This document shows positions 1-9,765 of a stretch of 64,000 bases of DNA, in pieces. The stretch spans positions 13,048 through 77,047 of the forward strand of contig JBCBUK010000017.1 in NCBI GenBank assembly GCA_039818205.1, read 5' to 3'. The stretch comes from Verrucomicrobiota bacterium. Its GTDB lineage: Bacteria; Verrucomicrobiota; Verrucomicrobiia; Opitutales; Cerasicoccaceae. Position 1 is the first letter of the stretch. The number at the start of each line of letters is the position of its first letter. A program made the position numbers and the translations under genes. The notes beneath the pieces are model-generated. The model did not search any database. It had not been told where the DNA came from and saw only the letters and a list, made by a program, of their open reading frames with translations.

Positions 1-2865
1 GTGCCGTGGAAAGTCTTCTGGTTGGCTTGGTAAATCATCTAGGTAGCCAGCATCGCGCATCAATGCCAGAAAGTTGGGGTTGTTCGCCAAATGAGGGTGA
101 GCGATGTTGAGCTGCCGCGTATTAAACGAGAGGCTGCCGCCTGCATGGTCGGTATGGCAGGTCAGGCATTCTGCTCGTGAGGGAAAGCGCCATTTGCGGA
201 TCTCAACTTGGCCGCCATCCATGACCGAATACGTTATATCTTTACCAGCCTCCGATACGAGCGTCGCCTCGGTTTCAGTATCGTTCCATTCGTAAGTGAC
301 TCCATAGACGCCCGAATCGTTCTTCACGATCAGACGCGTTTCTAGCTTAAATGCCGAATTCGGATCCGATGTATCCGCCAACATATCGAAGTGTTTGATA
401 AATACCGTACCCTCCGGTAGGGCCCAGGTCTTATTCGGATCGAAACCGAATTGATCCTGAGTGTTTGGAATCATGAACCAGCGAGACTTGATCGCATGGT
501 CCGACCAGAAAGGCAGGTTCACCTCGTAGGGGACAATGCCAGGATTCGGAGTCAGTGTTGCGACGTCTGCAAAGAGCCCGGTTGCAGCAAGTGTGGTTGG
601 GAAATCTTCTTCGGGCGTTTGGGACGTGAGTCGGTACAGGCCGCCATCGTTGATGTTCACGGCGATGACGTCGCCCGTTGCCGGATCATAGCCGAAATCG
701 ACGATCCCACTAAGCCCCGCAATTCGCTCAACGATCGGTGAGCCCGGCGTAATGGTGCGTTGCAACGACCAGACATTTCCGGAGCCGTAGTCGCTAAAAA
801 TGTATCTTCCATTTAGGTCCGAAATGTCTCCGTAGTAAACGACTCCGCCAGTTACCGACCATCCCTGAAAGGTATTTGAGCCACGAGTGTAATCCCATTC
901 CGGCTCGGTTAGGGTGGCTGCGGATTCGTCTGCGCCATTTATCTCTTCGCCAGAGCGGGCCGACGTCGCAGCCACGGTTCCTTCGCGCCAAGCCCAGCCG
1001 TGGTTGCTTCCTGATTTGACGATTGCGACCTCTTCACGTAGGTTTTGGCCAACATCGCCAACCCAGAGTTCGTCCGTTTGCGGGTCAAAATCGAACCGCC
1101 ATGGATTGCGGAAACCTACGGCAAAGAACTCCGTCCGGACGTCACTCGGATCTACGGAAACACCATTGAAGCTGGTTGCGCCAACCCAGTGGTTGTTTTC
1201 GGGAACCTCGTAGAGCGGAAAGCCATCGTGCAGTACGACCGCCGGATGGCTATTGGGAGCTACATTATTGTCGTCACTGCCGGTGCCATCGTCGTCGGTG
1301 TAGTCCTCGGGCTCAAGGTCAACGTCGATCCTTATGATGGACGACCAGAAGTCCTTATCGATAAATTGGCTGTTTGCCAGAGAGTCGATTTGGTTACCTT
1401 CGTCTCCCCAGGAAATGTATAGGTAACCGTCAGGCCCAAACTCAATATCGCCGCCATTGTGATTGCTGGCGTCGTTCAATTGTTGAATTAAGAGCTCCTC
1501 GGTGGCGTCTTCACCGTCGTTGTCGAGTGGGTCAGGATCTGTCCACCGCGAGACGAACTGATAGAGCACTCCATTTACCCTGGCGTCGTAGACGGTGTAA
1601 AAGCAGCCATTGTTCAAATAGTCGGGATGAAAGGCTAAGCCCAGTAGACCGAGTTCGCCCGCGGTTCGGATGGTCCGCCCACTAGAAGAAATCTTGTTTG
1701 GTAGGTTCATGAACGCGGTTTGTACCGGACTATCAGCCGATACGTCGGGTATCAGGTAAATCCATCCCCGCTTACTAGTCACCCAAAGGCGTTGATTGTC
1801 CCCCGGTGCGGATGCGATCTTGGTAGGTTGGCTGAAAGACATGTTATCAAAGGCTGGAACTAGCTCGATGGCATTGGTCGGCGCTCTATCAGGGACCGTG
1901 GAGCTTACGTTGGGAAGGCGGAATGCATCGCTGATCGTGACATTGACGGTGCGCGTCAACGTGGTTCCGGATGATTCTTGGCGGTAGTCATACTCAAAGC
2001 CATCCGTTCCTGTGCTGCTGCCGGTGTGCTCGTAGACCACTTGGCGGCCGTTTGTAGAGATTGACGTCGTGCCGTCGGTTGCAGATTTGACGGTAAGGCG
2101 ATCGGGAACGGATTCGCCAAACGGAACAACTGGCAACGAGAAGGACTGACCAACGCCGACCTCGATGTCGATCTGCGGATTCTCGATCAGGTAAAACAAT
2201 GGATTGCGGGCATCAAAGTTATTCCCTTCCGCCACAAGCTCCGAGCCTACTGGGAATTCGTTATTGTCGAAATTCAGGTTTCCCTGGCGAAGGTATAGCT
2301 CAATTCCATCACCAATATTCTCTGAGAACTCTTGATCGCGAGCAAAGTAGAGCTCATTGCTGGTTCCGCCATTGGCGTCGGCGAACCAAATCTCGAAATG
2401 GTAGCTGCTGTTGGCGTCTAAGTTGTAATCACCGCCGAGGTCGAAATACAGGTATTGGCCCGCGCCAAAGGCATTCGTTGAGTCAAATTCCAGTTGAAAA
2501 ACAAGGTCTCCATCGGAGGGCATTGATTCGGCGGAGTCCTTAATCAGGGCAAGCAGCAGATTGGAGCGGTTCGCATCGGCGGCCGCTGAGCGATCCGTCT
2601 CATAGCGCAGAACCACTTCGCTCAGCTTTAGAGGGGTCGACGTGGCAAACGTCCAAGCCCACACGCGGGAGTCCCAGTTGTTGATTGGATTGTCGGTCCT
2701 TCTGCTGATGGGGTAGCCCGCACCATTGTCGGTGGTATGGGCCAAGTAGACGTTCGCAGACGGTGCACTGTTGCTGATCGTGATCGTCTGCGCCTGTATT
2801 GGGAGATGGGCTAGGGTGCCTATGCTAAAGGCGAGGAGAATACAACGGATGAAGTTCGTGTTCAT
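1..2865 (-). CDS. Secreted PQQ-dependent glucose/sorbosone dehydrogenase-family protein fused to a c-type cytochrome domain (runs off the window start, >955 aa)
   Basis: Absent from the ORF track because it is truncated. Translated by hand from ATG 2865: signal peptide MNTNFIRCILLAFSIGTLAHLPIQA; GSDH motifs GELGLLGLAFHPDY, NHNGGDIEFGPDGYLYISWGDEG, GFRNPWRFDFD, SVTGGVYYG; then PYEVNLPFWSDHAIKSRW and heme motif CLTCH. Confidence 0.88.
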   Translation of the reverse strand, partial: MNTNFIRCILLAFSIGTLAHLPIQAQTITISNSAPSANVYLAHTTDNGAGYPISRRTDNPINNWDSRVWAWTFATSTPLKLSEVVLRYETDRSAAADANRSNLLLALIKDSAESMPSDGDLVFQLEFDSTNAFGAGQYLYFDLGGDYNLDANSSYHFEIWFADANGGTSNELYFARDQEFSENIGDGIELYLRQGNLNFDNNEFPVGSELVAEGNNFDARNPLFYLIENPQIDIEVGVGQSFSLPVVPFGESVPDRLTVKSATDGTTSISTNGRQVVYEHTGSSTGTDGFEYDYRQESSGTTLTRTVNVTISDAFRLPNVSSTVPDRAPTNAIELVPAFDNMSFSQPTKIASAPGDNQRLWVTSKRGWIYLIPDVSADSPVQTAFMNLPNKISSSGRTIRTAGELGLLGLAFHPDYLNNGCFYTVYDARVNGVLYQFVSRWTDPDPLDNDGEDATEELLIQQLNDASNHNGGDIEFGPDGYLYISWGDEGNQIDSLANSQFIDKDFWSSIIRIDVDLEPEDYTDDDGTGSDDNNVAPNSHPAVVLHDGFPLYEVPENNHWVGATSFNGVSVDPSDVRTEFFAVGFRNPWRFDFDPQTDELWVGDVGQNLREEVAIVKSGSNHGWAWREGTVAATSARSGEEINGADESAATLTEPEWDYTRGSNTFQGWSVTGGVVYYGDISDLNGRYIFSDYGSGNVWSLQRTITPGSPIVERIAGLSGIVDFGYDPATGDVIAVNINDGGLYRLTSQTPEEDFPTTLAATGLFADVATLTPNPGIVPYEVNLPFWSDHAIKSRWFMIPNTQDQFGFDPNKTWALPEGTVFIKHFDMLADTSDPNSAFKLETRLIVKNDSGVYGVTYEWNDTETEATLVSEAGKDITYSVMDGGQVEIRKWRFPSRAECLTCHTDHAGGSLSFNTRQLNIAHPHLANNPNFLALMRDAGYLDDLPSQPEDFPRH

Positions 2866-3063
2866 ATGGGATTTCACGAAGTTTAGGAGACGGCGGACTT
2901 ATGGACTACTAGACAAAAGGCCTACCTTCACTATGTCCACTAGAGGATATATGTCAGTTCCGAGTTCGGGATTTCCGGTCTATGGGGCCATTTTTCCGTT
3001 TTTTCACAAAAACGTGGCGACTCGGCATCGACACGAGGGTGCATTCGCCTTAGATCCCGAGCC

Positions 3064-3225
3064 ATGTCACTCGTCGATATACTACTGTGCCTCTTTTTAC
3101 CACCGATCGCAGTCGCCGTGCGCAAAGGAATCGGTATGGATCTGGTCATCAACATCGTATTACTGTTGATTGTTCCCTACATCGGTGGGGTTATTCACGC
3201 TTTTTGGGCATTGAATAGAAAATGA
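3064..3225 (+). CDS. YqaE/Pmp3 family small membrane protein (53 aa)
   Basis: Below the ORF-track cutoff. Translates MSLVDILLCLFLPPIAVAVRKGIGMDLVINIVLLLIVPYIGGVIHAFWALNRK, matching the family pattern (LPP.AV...G ... G.IHA.W). Confidence 0.9.
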   Translation: MSLVDILLCLFLPPIAVAVRKGIGMDLVINIVLLLIVPYIGGVIHAFWALNRK

Positions 3226-3273
3226 TTCTCGCTTCCTGCTGAAAAACTGTCAGCGTGACGCGCTTTTCAGATT

Positions 3274-5112
3274 ATGAGCGCGACTGCAGCCAGTATTTCC
3301 ACCGCGGATAAAATCCGCAATATAGCAATCATTGCCCACGTTGACCATGGTAAGACTACCCTGGTTGACTGCCTGCTGCAACAGTCGGGGACTTTCCGCG
3401 ATAATCAGGAGGTCCAGGAGCGAGCCATGGATAGCATGGATCTCGAGCGAGAAAAGGGGATTACCATTAAGGCGAAGAATACCGCCATCCAATGGAATGG
3501 TTACACGATTAACATCGTAGATACCCCGGGGCACGCCGATTTTGGTGCCGAGGTTGAGCGAGTCATGAAGATGGTCGACGGCGTTCTCCTGCTGACGGAC
3601 GCCGTGGGTGGCCCACAGGCCCAGACCCGCTGGGTGCTCCGCAAGGCGCTGAGCCATGGTCTCAAGACTGTCTGCGTCATCAACAAGGTCGATCGCGACA
3701 CCGCGCGCCCTGAATGGGTTCACGACAAGGTGCTCGAGCTGTTTCTAGACCTGGAAGCAACCGAAGAACAATTTAACGCTCCATTCCTTTACGCCTCGGC
3801 TAAGAATGGTTGGGCCGACCGCGAGGCCGATGGCCCGCGCGAAAACATGACGGCGCTCTTTGAGACCATAGTCGAACACATGCCAGCTCCCAAAATCGAG
3901 CAGGGCGACTTTCGCATGCTCGTTTCGAACATCGACTGGGACGACTTTGTTGGTCGGTTGGCGATTGGCCGTATTCTTTCGGGTAAGGTCCAGAGTGGCG
4001 ACACAATCTTTGCCCACCGGAAGGACGGCAAGGTTGAGCGCGTGAAAATTACGAAGCTTACCCAGTTTACTGGCCTCGGCGTGGTTCCCGTCGAAGAGTC
4101 CGAGGCGGGCGACATCGTCGGCATCGCTGGCTTCGAGGAGATCGATATCGGCGATACTCTAGCAACGGATAAAGAAGCGGAGGTCCTGCCTTTCGTGGAA
4201 ATTGACCCAGCAACCGTCCAGATGGAATTCCACGTGAATGACGGGCCGCTAGCCGGCAAAGACGGCAAGAAGGTGACTTCGCGACAGATCCGTGAACGCC
4301 TTGTTCACGAGAGTAAATCGAATATTTCTATTAAGCTTTCCGACACGGACGAGGGCACGCGCTTCTTGGTCAATGCCCGTGGTTCGATGCAGATCGCCGT
4401 TTTGGTTGAAACCATGCGCCGGGAAGGCTACGAAGTTATGGTTTCGCGACCAACGGTTCTTTTTAAGGAAGTCGATGGAACTGTCTGTGAGCCGTTTGAG
4501 CAGGTTTGGGTCGAAGTGCCCGAGGATATGCTAGGCGCGGTAATGGAGAATCTTTCCAACCGCAAGGCCCAGATTACCAATATGGAGCACCACCACGCGG
4601 GTGTTACCGTCGAGGCGGTTATCTCGACTCGTGGGCTGATTGGGTTTGAGAGCGATCTCGTGACGCTTACCAGCGGTCATGGCGTCTGCTCCCATATGTT
4701 CCTCGACTATCGACCCAAGGGAGTGGAGATCACTACCCGCAAGACCGGGACACTTTGCTCGGTGGCGACCGGCCCAGCGATGGGATACGCGCTCAATATG
4801 ATCCAGGCTCGGGGAAAGCTCTTTGTTGCTCCCGGTGACGAGGTCTACAATGGCCAGGTTGTCGGAGAGTGCCCCCGTCGGGAAGACTTGCCTGTTAATC
4901 CGTGCAAGGCCAAGCAGCTCGACAACATGCGCTCCTCTGGCAAGGACGACAATGTTCAGTTGGCTCCGCCGATCAACTTCTCGCTTGAGCGGGCGATCGA
5001 GTATATCGCAGCTGATGAACTCGTGGAGGCCACACCAAAGTTTCTGCGCCTTCGTAAGCGAGTTCTTGATGCGGAAGCGCGCCGGCGAATCGCAAAGCGC
5101 GGTAAGGCATAA
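3274..5112 (+). CDS. typA: Translational GTPase TypA/BipA
   Basis: RNIAIIAHVDHGKTTLVD, EREKGITI, DTPGHADFG, NKVD, C-terminal RLRK; 612 aa. Confidence 0.98.
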   Translation: MSATAASISTADKIRNIAIIAHVDHGKTTLVDCLLQQSGTFRDNQEVQERAMDSMDLEREKGITIKAKNTAIQWNGYTINIVDTPGHADFGAEVERVMKMVDGVLLLTDAVGGPQAQTRWVLRKALSHGLKTVCVINKVDRDTARPEWVHDKVLELFLDLEATEEQFNAPFLYASAKNGWADREADGPRENMTALFETIVEHMPAPKIEQGDFRMLVSNIDWDDFVGRLAIGRILSGKVQSGDTIFAHRKDGKVERVKITKLTQFTGLGVVPVEESEAGDIVGIAGFEEIDIGDTLATDKEAEVLPFVEIDPATVQMEFHVNDGPLAGKDGKKVTSRQIRERLVHESKSNISIKLSDTDEGTRFLVNARGSMQIAVLVETMRREGYEVMVSRPTVLFKEVDGTVCEPFEQVWVEVPEDMLGAVMENLSNRKAQITNMEHHHAGVTVEAVISTRGLIGFESDLVTLTSGHGVCSHMFLDYRPKGVEITTRKTGTLCSVATGPAMGYALNMIQARGKLFVAPGDEVYNGQVVGECPRREDLPVNPCKAKQLDNMRSSGKDDNVQLAPPINFSLERAIEYIAADELVEATPKFLRLRKRVLDAEARRRIAKRGKA

Positions 5113-5135
5113 ATCCGAAAAAACTTTTTAACGGT

Positions 5136-5165
5136 CGGCCGTCCAGAAATGGGCGGCCGTTTTTA
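5136..5165 (+). terminator. Rho-independent terminator after typA
   Basis: cggccgtcc-agaaat-gggcggccg followed by ttttt. Confidence 0.8.
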
Positions 5166-5191
5166 TGCCTAAATTGTTAGAAATGAGTCTC

Positions 5192-5479
5192 TTAGATCAC
5201 TGCCTCGTCGACGCAGTAATAGTCATGGCGACTGCGGATAAACGCCTCAATCGAATCTCGCCCGGGATAATCCAATTTTCGGCAGTCTTCGGGGAGGGTT
5301 CCACCGACCACTAGGTGGTATAGCAGGCACTCGCTACAGTCTTTCTGCCTTAGTGAGAGTAGATAAGTGAATCGTAGGACCTCATCATGAACCGCCATGT
5401 CCGTTCGGTCATATAATTCCCGCATCATTCGTTGAAGATCTTCAACTAATTGAAGTGAATCTATGGCGTTTTGATTCAT
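5192..5479 (-). CDS. Hypothetical protein (95 aa)
   Basis: ATG-started ORF filling the gap convergent to typA, with AT-rich upstream DNA; no family recognised. Confidence 0.55.
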   Translation of the reverse strand: MNQNAIDSLQLVEDLQRMMRELYDRTDMAVHDEVLRFTYLLSLRQKDCSECLLYHLVVGGTLPEDCRKLDYPGRDSIEAFIRSRHDYYCVDEAVI

Positions 5480-6049
5480 GGAATAAGGCGAATGGCTTAG
5501 TGGCTCTAGGTAGTATTACCTAAATATTCGGCTGAGTTTGTATATTTTCAAGCGAAAATTAACAAAAATTTAAATACTTGAGCTTCAAATATCGTAAACC
5601 CCTATCATTAATGCAATTAGAAATTCGGCGATAAATCCCCAAAATTCTATTGTTCAGTCGGCTTGATAATCGACGAAAGTTTAAGGCCATAAACTTCATA
5701 TGTAGTAGGGTCTAAAGTTATTTTAACTCAGACCTGGAATAATGTTCAGTAGTATTCATGCGATACGTCGATATCGCGTGGTTTGGTGGCGTCTTATGAT
5801 TCAAGTTGTGACTTGAGTAGCGGATTCGTTGAACCGCGTTCATGCGAGCGTGGTCCGTGTGGGAGAATCTATATATTCAGGGATTTTGTTTAGTTTTTAA
5901 ATAAGAAACGCCCCGTTTCGGGAGATTGACTCTTTATTGACGAATTCAGGGGATGAATGCTCAAAAACCGCCCTTGACTTGGCCGCTGAAAGCAGCACAC
6001 TGCCCGCCTTTTAAATACGCGTCCAAGAGACGTTTAGAGCCGTTCGGCA

Positions 6050-8842
6050 ATGGAATTAAAAGACACTTTAAATCTTCCGCAGACACCGTTTCCGATGCGC
6101 GGAAACCTCGTAAAGAGAGAACCTGCACGCCTGGAACACTGGGAATCTACGGGACTCTATGAGAAGATTCAGACGAAGAATGCCAGTGGCGAATCTTTCG
6201 TTCTTCACGATGGACCTCCGTTTACCAACGGGGATGTGCATATTGGCACTGCTCTAAATAAAATTTTGAAGGATTCCATCCTCCGCTACAAATCGATGCG
6301 GGGGTATCAAACCCCATATGTTGCCGGCTGGGATTGCCACGGTTTGCCCATTGAGCACAAGGTGAGCAAGGAACTGCGGGAGAAGGGGGAAGACCTGGAA
6401 CCCGCTCAATTGCGGGAGGCGTGTGCTGAATTTTCCGCTGGGTTTATTGAGACCCAGCGTAGCCAGTTCAAGCGTCTTGGTGTTCTTGCCGATTGGTCAG
6501 AAGAGTACAAAACCATGAAGCCCGAGTATGAGGCCGACATCTTACGAACCTTTGCCTGCTTTGTTGAACAGGGCTTGGTTTATCGGAGCAAGAAGCCGGT
6601 TTATTGGTCGATTCCATGTGAAACCGCCTTGGCAGAAGCCGAGATTGAGTATCAGGACCACGTAAGTCCCTCGATTTGGGTTAAGTTCGAGATCAAGGGG
6701 CACCAGTTCCTGCATATCGATGGTCCACTTTACATCGTCATTTGGACAACGACACCTTGGACACTGCCCGCGAACCTCGCAGTGGCCGTTCACCCGGATC
6801 TGGAGTACGTGGAAGTCCAGCATGGCGGTGAGACCTATCTCGTAGTCCACCAGCTGGCTGAAAACTTTATTGAGAATTGCGGTCTCGAAGGGGCGACCAT
6901 GGGTAATAAACATCCAGGGCGCTCTCTTGAAACCCTCCAGGCCGATCATCCATTCATCGACCGCAAGAGTCCGGTTGTTTTGGCCGATTATGTCACGACG
7001 GAAGCCGGCACAGGCTGCGTTCATACGGCTCCTGGTCACGGTCTGGATGACTATTTGACCGGCCTGAAGTATGATCTCGAGATCTACTGCCCGCTGGATG
7101 ATCACGGTTGCTATGTCAATGATGGCCAAGTTCCTGCTGAGCTGGTTGGTGTGACCGTGCTAGAAACCAAGGGTAAGTGCCCCGCGAACATCGAGGTTCT
7201 CAAGATCCTCGAAGAGAAGGGGGCGCTCATGGCCAAGAAGCGCTACGAGCACCAATACCCGCATTGCTGGCGCTCGAAGACTCCTGTGGTGTTCCGCGCA
7301 ATGGATCAATGGTTCGTATCTCTCGATGCCCATCACATGCGGGAAAAAGTCCTCGAACAGATCGATCAAGTCCAATGGACTCCCGAAGCCGGTATCAAAC
7401 GCATTCGCGGAGCGGTTGAAAGTCGTCCCGATTGGTGCATCAGCCGTCAACGTTCCTGGGGTGTGCCGATCCCTGTCTTTTACGACGAAGACAAGAATCC
7501 ACTCCTCAACAAGGATGTCATCTGTGCCTTGGCTGATAAGGTTGCCGAGCACGGGACGAATATCTGGTTTGAGCAATCGGCTGAAGAGTTGCTCAAAGGC
7601 ATTATTCTGCCAGCTGAGTTTGGTGGAAAAACGCTCAAAAAGGGCGGAGATACCTTGGACGTCTGGATTGACTCCGGCTGCTCTCATCGGGCGGTGCTGC
7701 AGCGCAATGAGAAGTTACAATGGCCCGCAGATCTCTATTTGGAAGGAAGCGACCAACATCGCGGCTGGTTCCAGAGCTCGATCTGGACCGGTGTGATCGC
7801 CGACGGCAAGGCTCCCTACAAAAGTGTGATCACCCATGGTTTCATTGTGGATGAAAAGGGTGAGAAGATCTCGAAATCCAAGGGTGCGATGAGCTCCGAT
7901 GGGTGGGTCAAAAAGTTCGGTGCCGACATCATGCGCCTCTGGGTCGCTTCCCAAGACTACCGCGGTGATATCCGCCTTTCGGAAAATCATTTTAAATTGG
8001 TCTCGAACGTCTATCGTGGCGTGCGCAACACCCTGATGTACCAATTGGGTAATTTGCACGATTTCGATCCTGCGACCAACTCGGTCGATGTTGCGGAACT
8101 TACGCCGGTCGACCAGTGGGCATTGTCGCAAACGGCGGCCTACGTTGAGCGGGTTACGGATGCCCTGGACAAGTTTGAGTTTCACCGTGCGTATCAAGAG
8201 ATTGACCGCTTTGTTGGAGTTACGCTGTCGCGGATTTATCATGCGATCCTCAAAGATCGTCTCTACACTTACGGGCCAGACTGGAAGGAGCGTCGTTCCT
8301 CCCAAACCGCCATCCTTGCTATTTTTAAAGCCTTGGTGAAAACGATTGCTCCGGTTCTGACCTTTACTGCCGACGAAGCGTGGAGCTTCTTCGTTAGCGG
8401 TCAGGAGATCGCCGAAGATAGCATCCACCTGCAGGCTTGGCCGGTTAGCGACGATTTCGCATACGACGCCACGGTCGCTGGAGAAATCGATAAGATCATT
8501 AACTTCCGAGAGGAGCTGGTTAATTTGCCGCTCGAAAAACTCCGAGAGGAAAAGGTGATTGGTTCGAACCTGGACGCGAAGGTTGTCGTCAGTGGAAAAA
8601 CCGACAATGAGCTCTTTGCTCTCTTGAACCGTTTCCAGGCAGATTTGCCGGAACTATTCATCGTCTCGCAGGTCACCCTGGAAACAAAAAGTGAGGGTGA
8701 TCTAGAAGTTTCAGCCGCCCATGCGGACGGCGTTCGTTGTCCACGTTCCTGGCGCTGGGTGCCTGAGCTCGTCAGTGCTGGGGACTTCGGAGAAGTTTCC
8801 CCACGTGATCGGGAGGCATTGCTGACACTTAACCTGGTCTAA
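6050..8842 (+). CDS. ileS: Isoleucine--tRNA ligase (type 1)
   Basis: LNLPQTPFPMRGNL, LHDGPPFTNG, HIGT, GWDCHGLPIE, WTTTPWTLPAN, EGSDQHRGWFQSS, KISKS; upstream of lspA. Confidence 0.98.
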   Translation: MELKDTLNLPQTPFPMRGNLVKREPARLEHWESTGLYEKIQTKNASGESFVLHDGPPFTNGDVHIGTALNKILKDSILRYKSMRGYQTPYVAGWDCHGLPIEHKVSKELREKGEDLEPAQLREACAEFSAGFIETQRSQFKRLGVLADWSEEYKTMKPEYEADILRTFACFVEQGLVYRSKKPVYWSIPCETALAEAEIEYQDHVSPSIWVKFEIKGHQFLHIDGPLYIVIWTTTPWTLPANLAVAVHPDLEYVEVQHGGETYLVVHQLAENFIENCGLEGATMGNKHPGRSLETLQADHPFIDRKSPVVLADYVTTEAGTGCVHTAPGHGLDDYLTGLKYDLEIYCPLDDHGCYVNDGQVPAELVGVTVLETKGKCPANIEVLKILEEKGALMAKKRYEHQYPHCWRSKTPVVFRAMDQWFVSLDAHHMREKVLEQIDQVQWTPEAGIKRIRGAVESRPDWCISRQRSWGVPIPVFYDEDKNPLLNKDVICALADKVAEHGTNIWFEQSAEELLKGIILPAEFGGKTLKKGGDTLDVWIDSGCSHRAVLQRNEKLQWPADLYLEGSDQHRGWFQSSIWTGVIADGKAPYKSVITHGFIVDEKGEKISKSKGAMSSDGWVKKFGADIMRLWVASQDYRGDIRLSENHFKLVSNVYRGVRNTLMYQLGNLHDFDPATNSVDVAELTPVDQWALSQTAAYVERVTDALDKFEFHRAYQEIDRFVGVTLSRIYHAILKDRLYTYGPDWKERRSSQTAILAIFKALVKTIAPVLTFTADEAWSFFVSGQEIAEDSIHLQAWPVSDDFAYDATVAGEIDKIINFREELVNLPLEKLREEKVIGSNLDAKVVVSGKTDNELFALLNRFQADLPELFIVSQVTLETKSEGDLEVSAAHADGVRCPRSWRWVPELVSAGDFGEVSPRDREALLTLNLV

Positions 8843-8863
8843 TCTTTAACTAAAATAATTCAT

Positions 8864-9757
8864 ATGCCCGCGAAAAAGAAGACTGCGAAGAAAGCTACCA
8901 AGAAAACCGCTGCCAAGAAGACCGCCACGAAAAAGACGGCTTCCAAGGCCGCCAAAAGTGCGAAGAAAGCAGCGGCTGCAGCTCCTTCGAAACCGGCGGA
9001 CGAAAAGACGAAGGCACTGGTTCTCGGAGCCCGTCGTCGCAGCAACACACCTTCCATGTTCAAGGTAAAGAAGGGCAAGACCCCCGTGGTCTTCACCATG
9101 GAGGACGTTGCGCAAATTCTGGAGACCAAAAAGAACGAGCCAGAAGCACAACCGACGAAGAAGATTGCGAAGAAGGTAGCAGCCGAAAAACCAGCTGTTG
9201 ATGAGGCGCAAATAGAAAACCGTGCGCATGCAGCCGCATCATTGGCCGATATTCTGGGCTTTAATCCCACGGAGACGCGCTCGGACAGCACCGCGCGCGG
9301 TCGTGAAGTGCCTCGCAAATGGCAGAAGCACTATAAGCTGCTGTTGGGCCTGCGCGATCACGTGACCGATGAACTGGAACTCCACACTGCGGACACACTG
9401 AAGCGCTCTAATCGAGAAGACTCTGGTGACCTGTCGGGCTACGGTCAGCACATGGCCGATGCGGGTACTGATACCTTTGATCGCGATTTCGCTCTCAGTC
9501 TGGTAGCCAACGAGCAGGAAGCGCTCTACGAGATTGAGGAGGCTATTCAGCGAATCTTTGATGGCACCTACGGCGTTTGCGAGCAGACCGAAGAGCCGAT
9601 CGATAGTGAGCGCTTGTTGGCGGTTCCGTTTACCCGTTACTCGCTTGAAGGACAGCGCCAGATGGAACGTCAGCGTAAGCACAAAACTCAGCGCGGCGGG
9701 GTCTTCACGGACAACGATGACGATCTCTCCCTTGGTGGTGACGACGACGACAACTAA
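8864..9757 (+). CDS. dksA: DksA/TraR family protein with Lys/Ala-rich N-terminal tail and degenerate zinc finger
   Basis: HMADAGTDTFDRDFAL coiled-coil tip, EIEEAIQRI..GTYGVCE, I..ERL.AVPFTR. Confidence 0.85.
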   Translation: MPAKKKTAKKATKKTAAKKTATKKTASKAAKSAKKAAAAAPSKPADEKTKALVLGARRRSNTPSMFKVKKGKTPVVFTMEDVAQILETKKNEPEAQPTKKIAKKVAAEKPAVDEAQIENRAHAAASLADILGFNPTETRSDSTARGREVPRKWQKHYKLLLGLRDHVTDELELHTADTLKRSNREDSGDLSGYGQHMADAGTDTFDRDFALSLVANEQEALYEIEEAIQRIFDGTYGVCEQTEEPIDSERLLAVPFTRYSLEGQRQMERQRKHKTQRGGVFTDNDDDLSLGGDDDDN

Positions 9758-9765
9758 TTTATCGA

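Noticed and set aside
104-2543. Many short plus-strand ORFs in the first 2.5 kb
   Set aside because: They are antisense to the real minus-strand dehydrogenase/cytochrome gene
5480-6049. T-box riboswitch upstream of ileS
   Set aside because: No GGTGG(T/A)ACC antiterminator bulge, specifier stem or terminator was found
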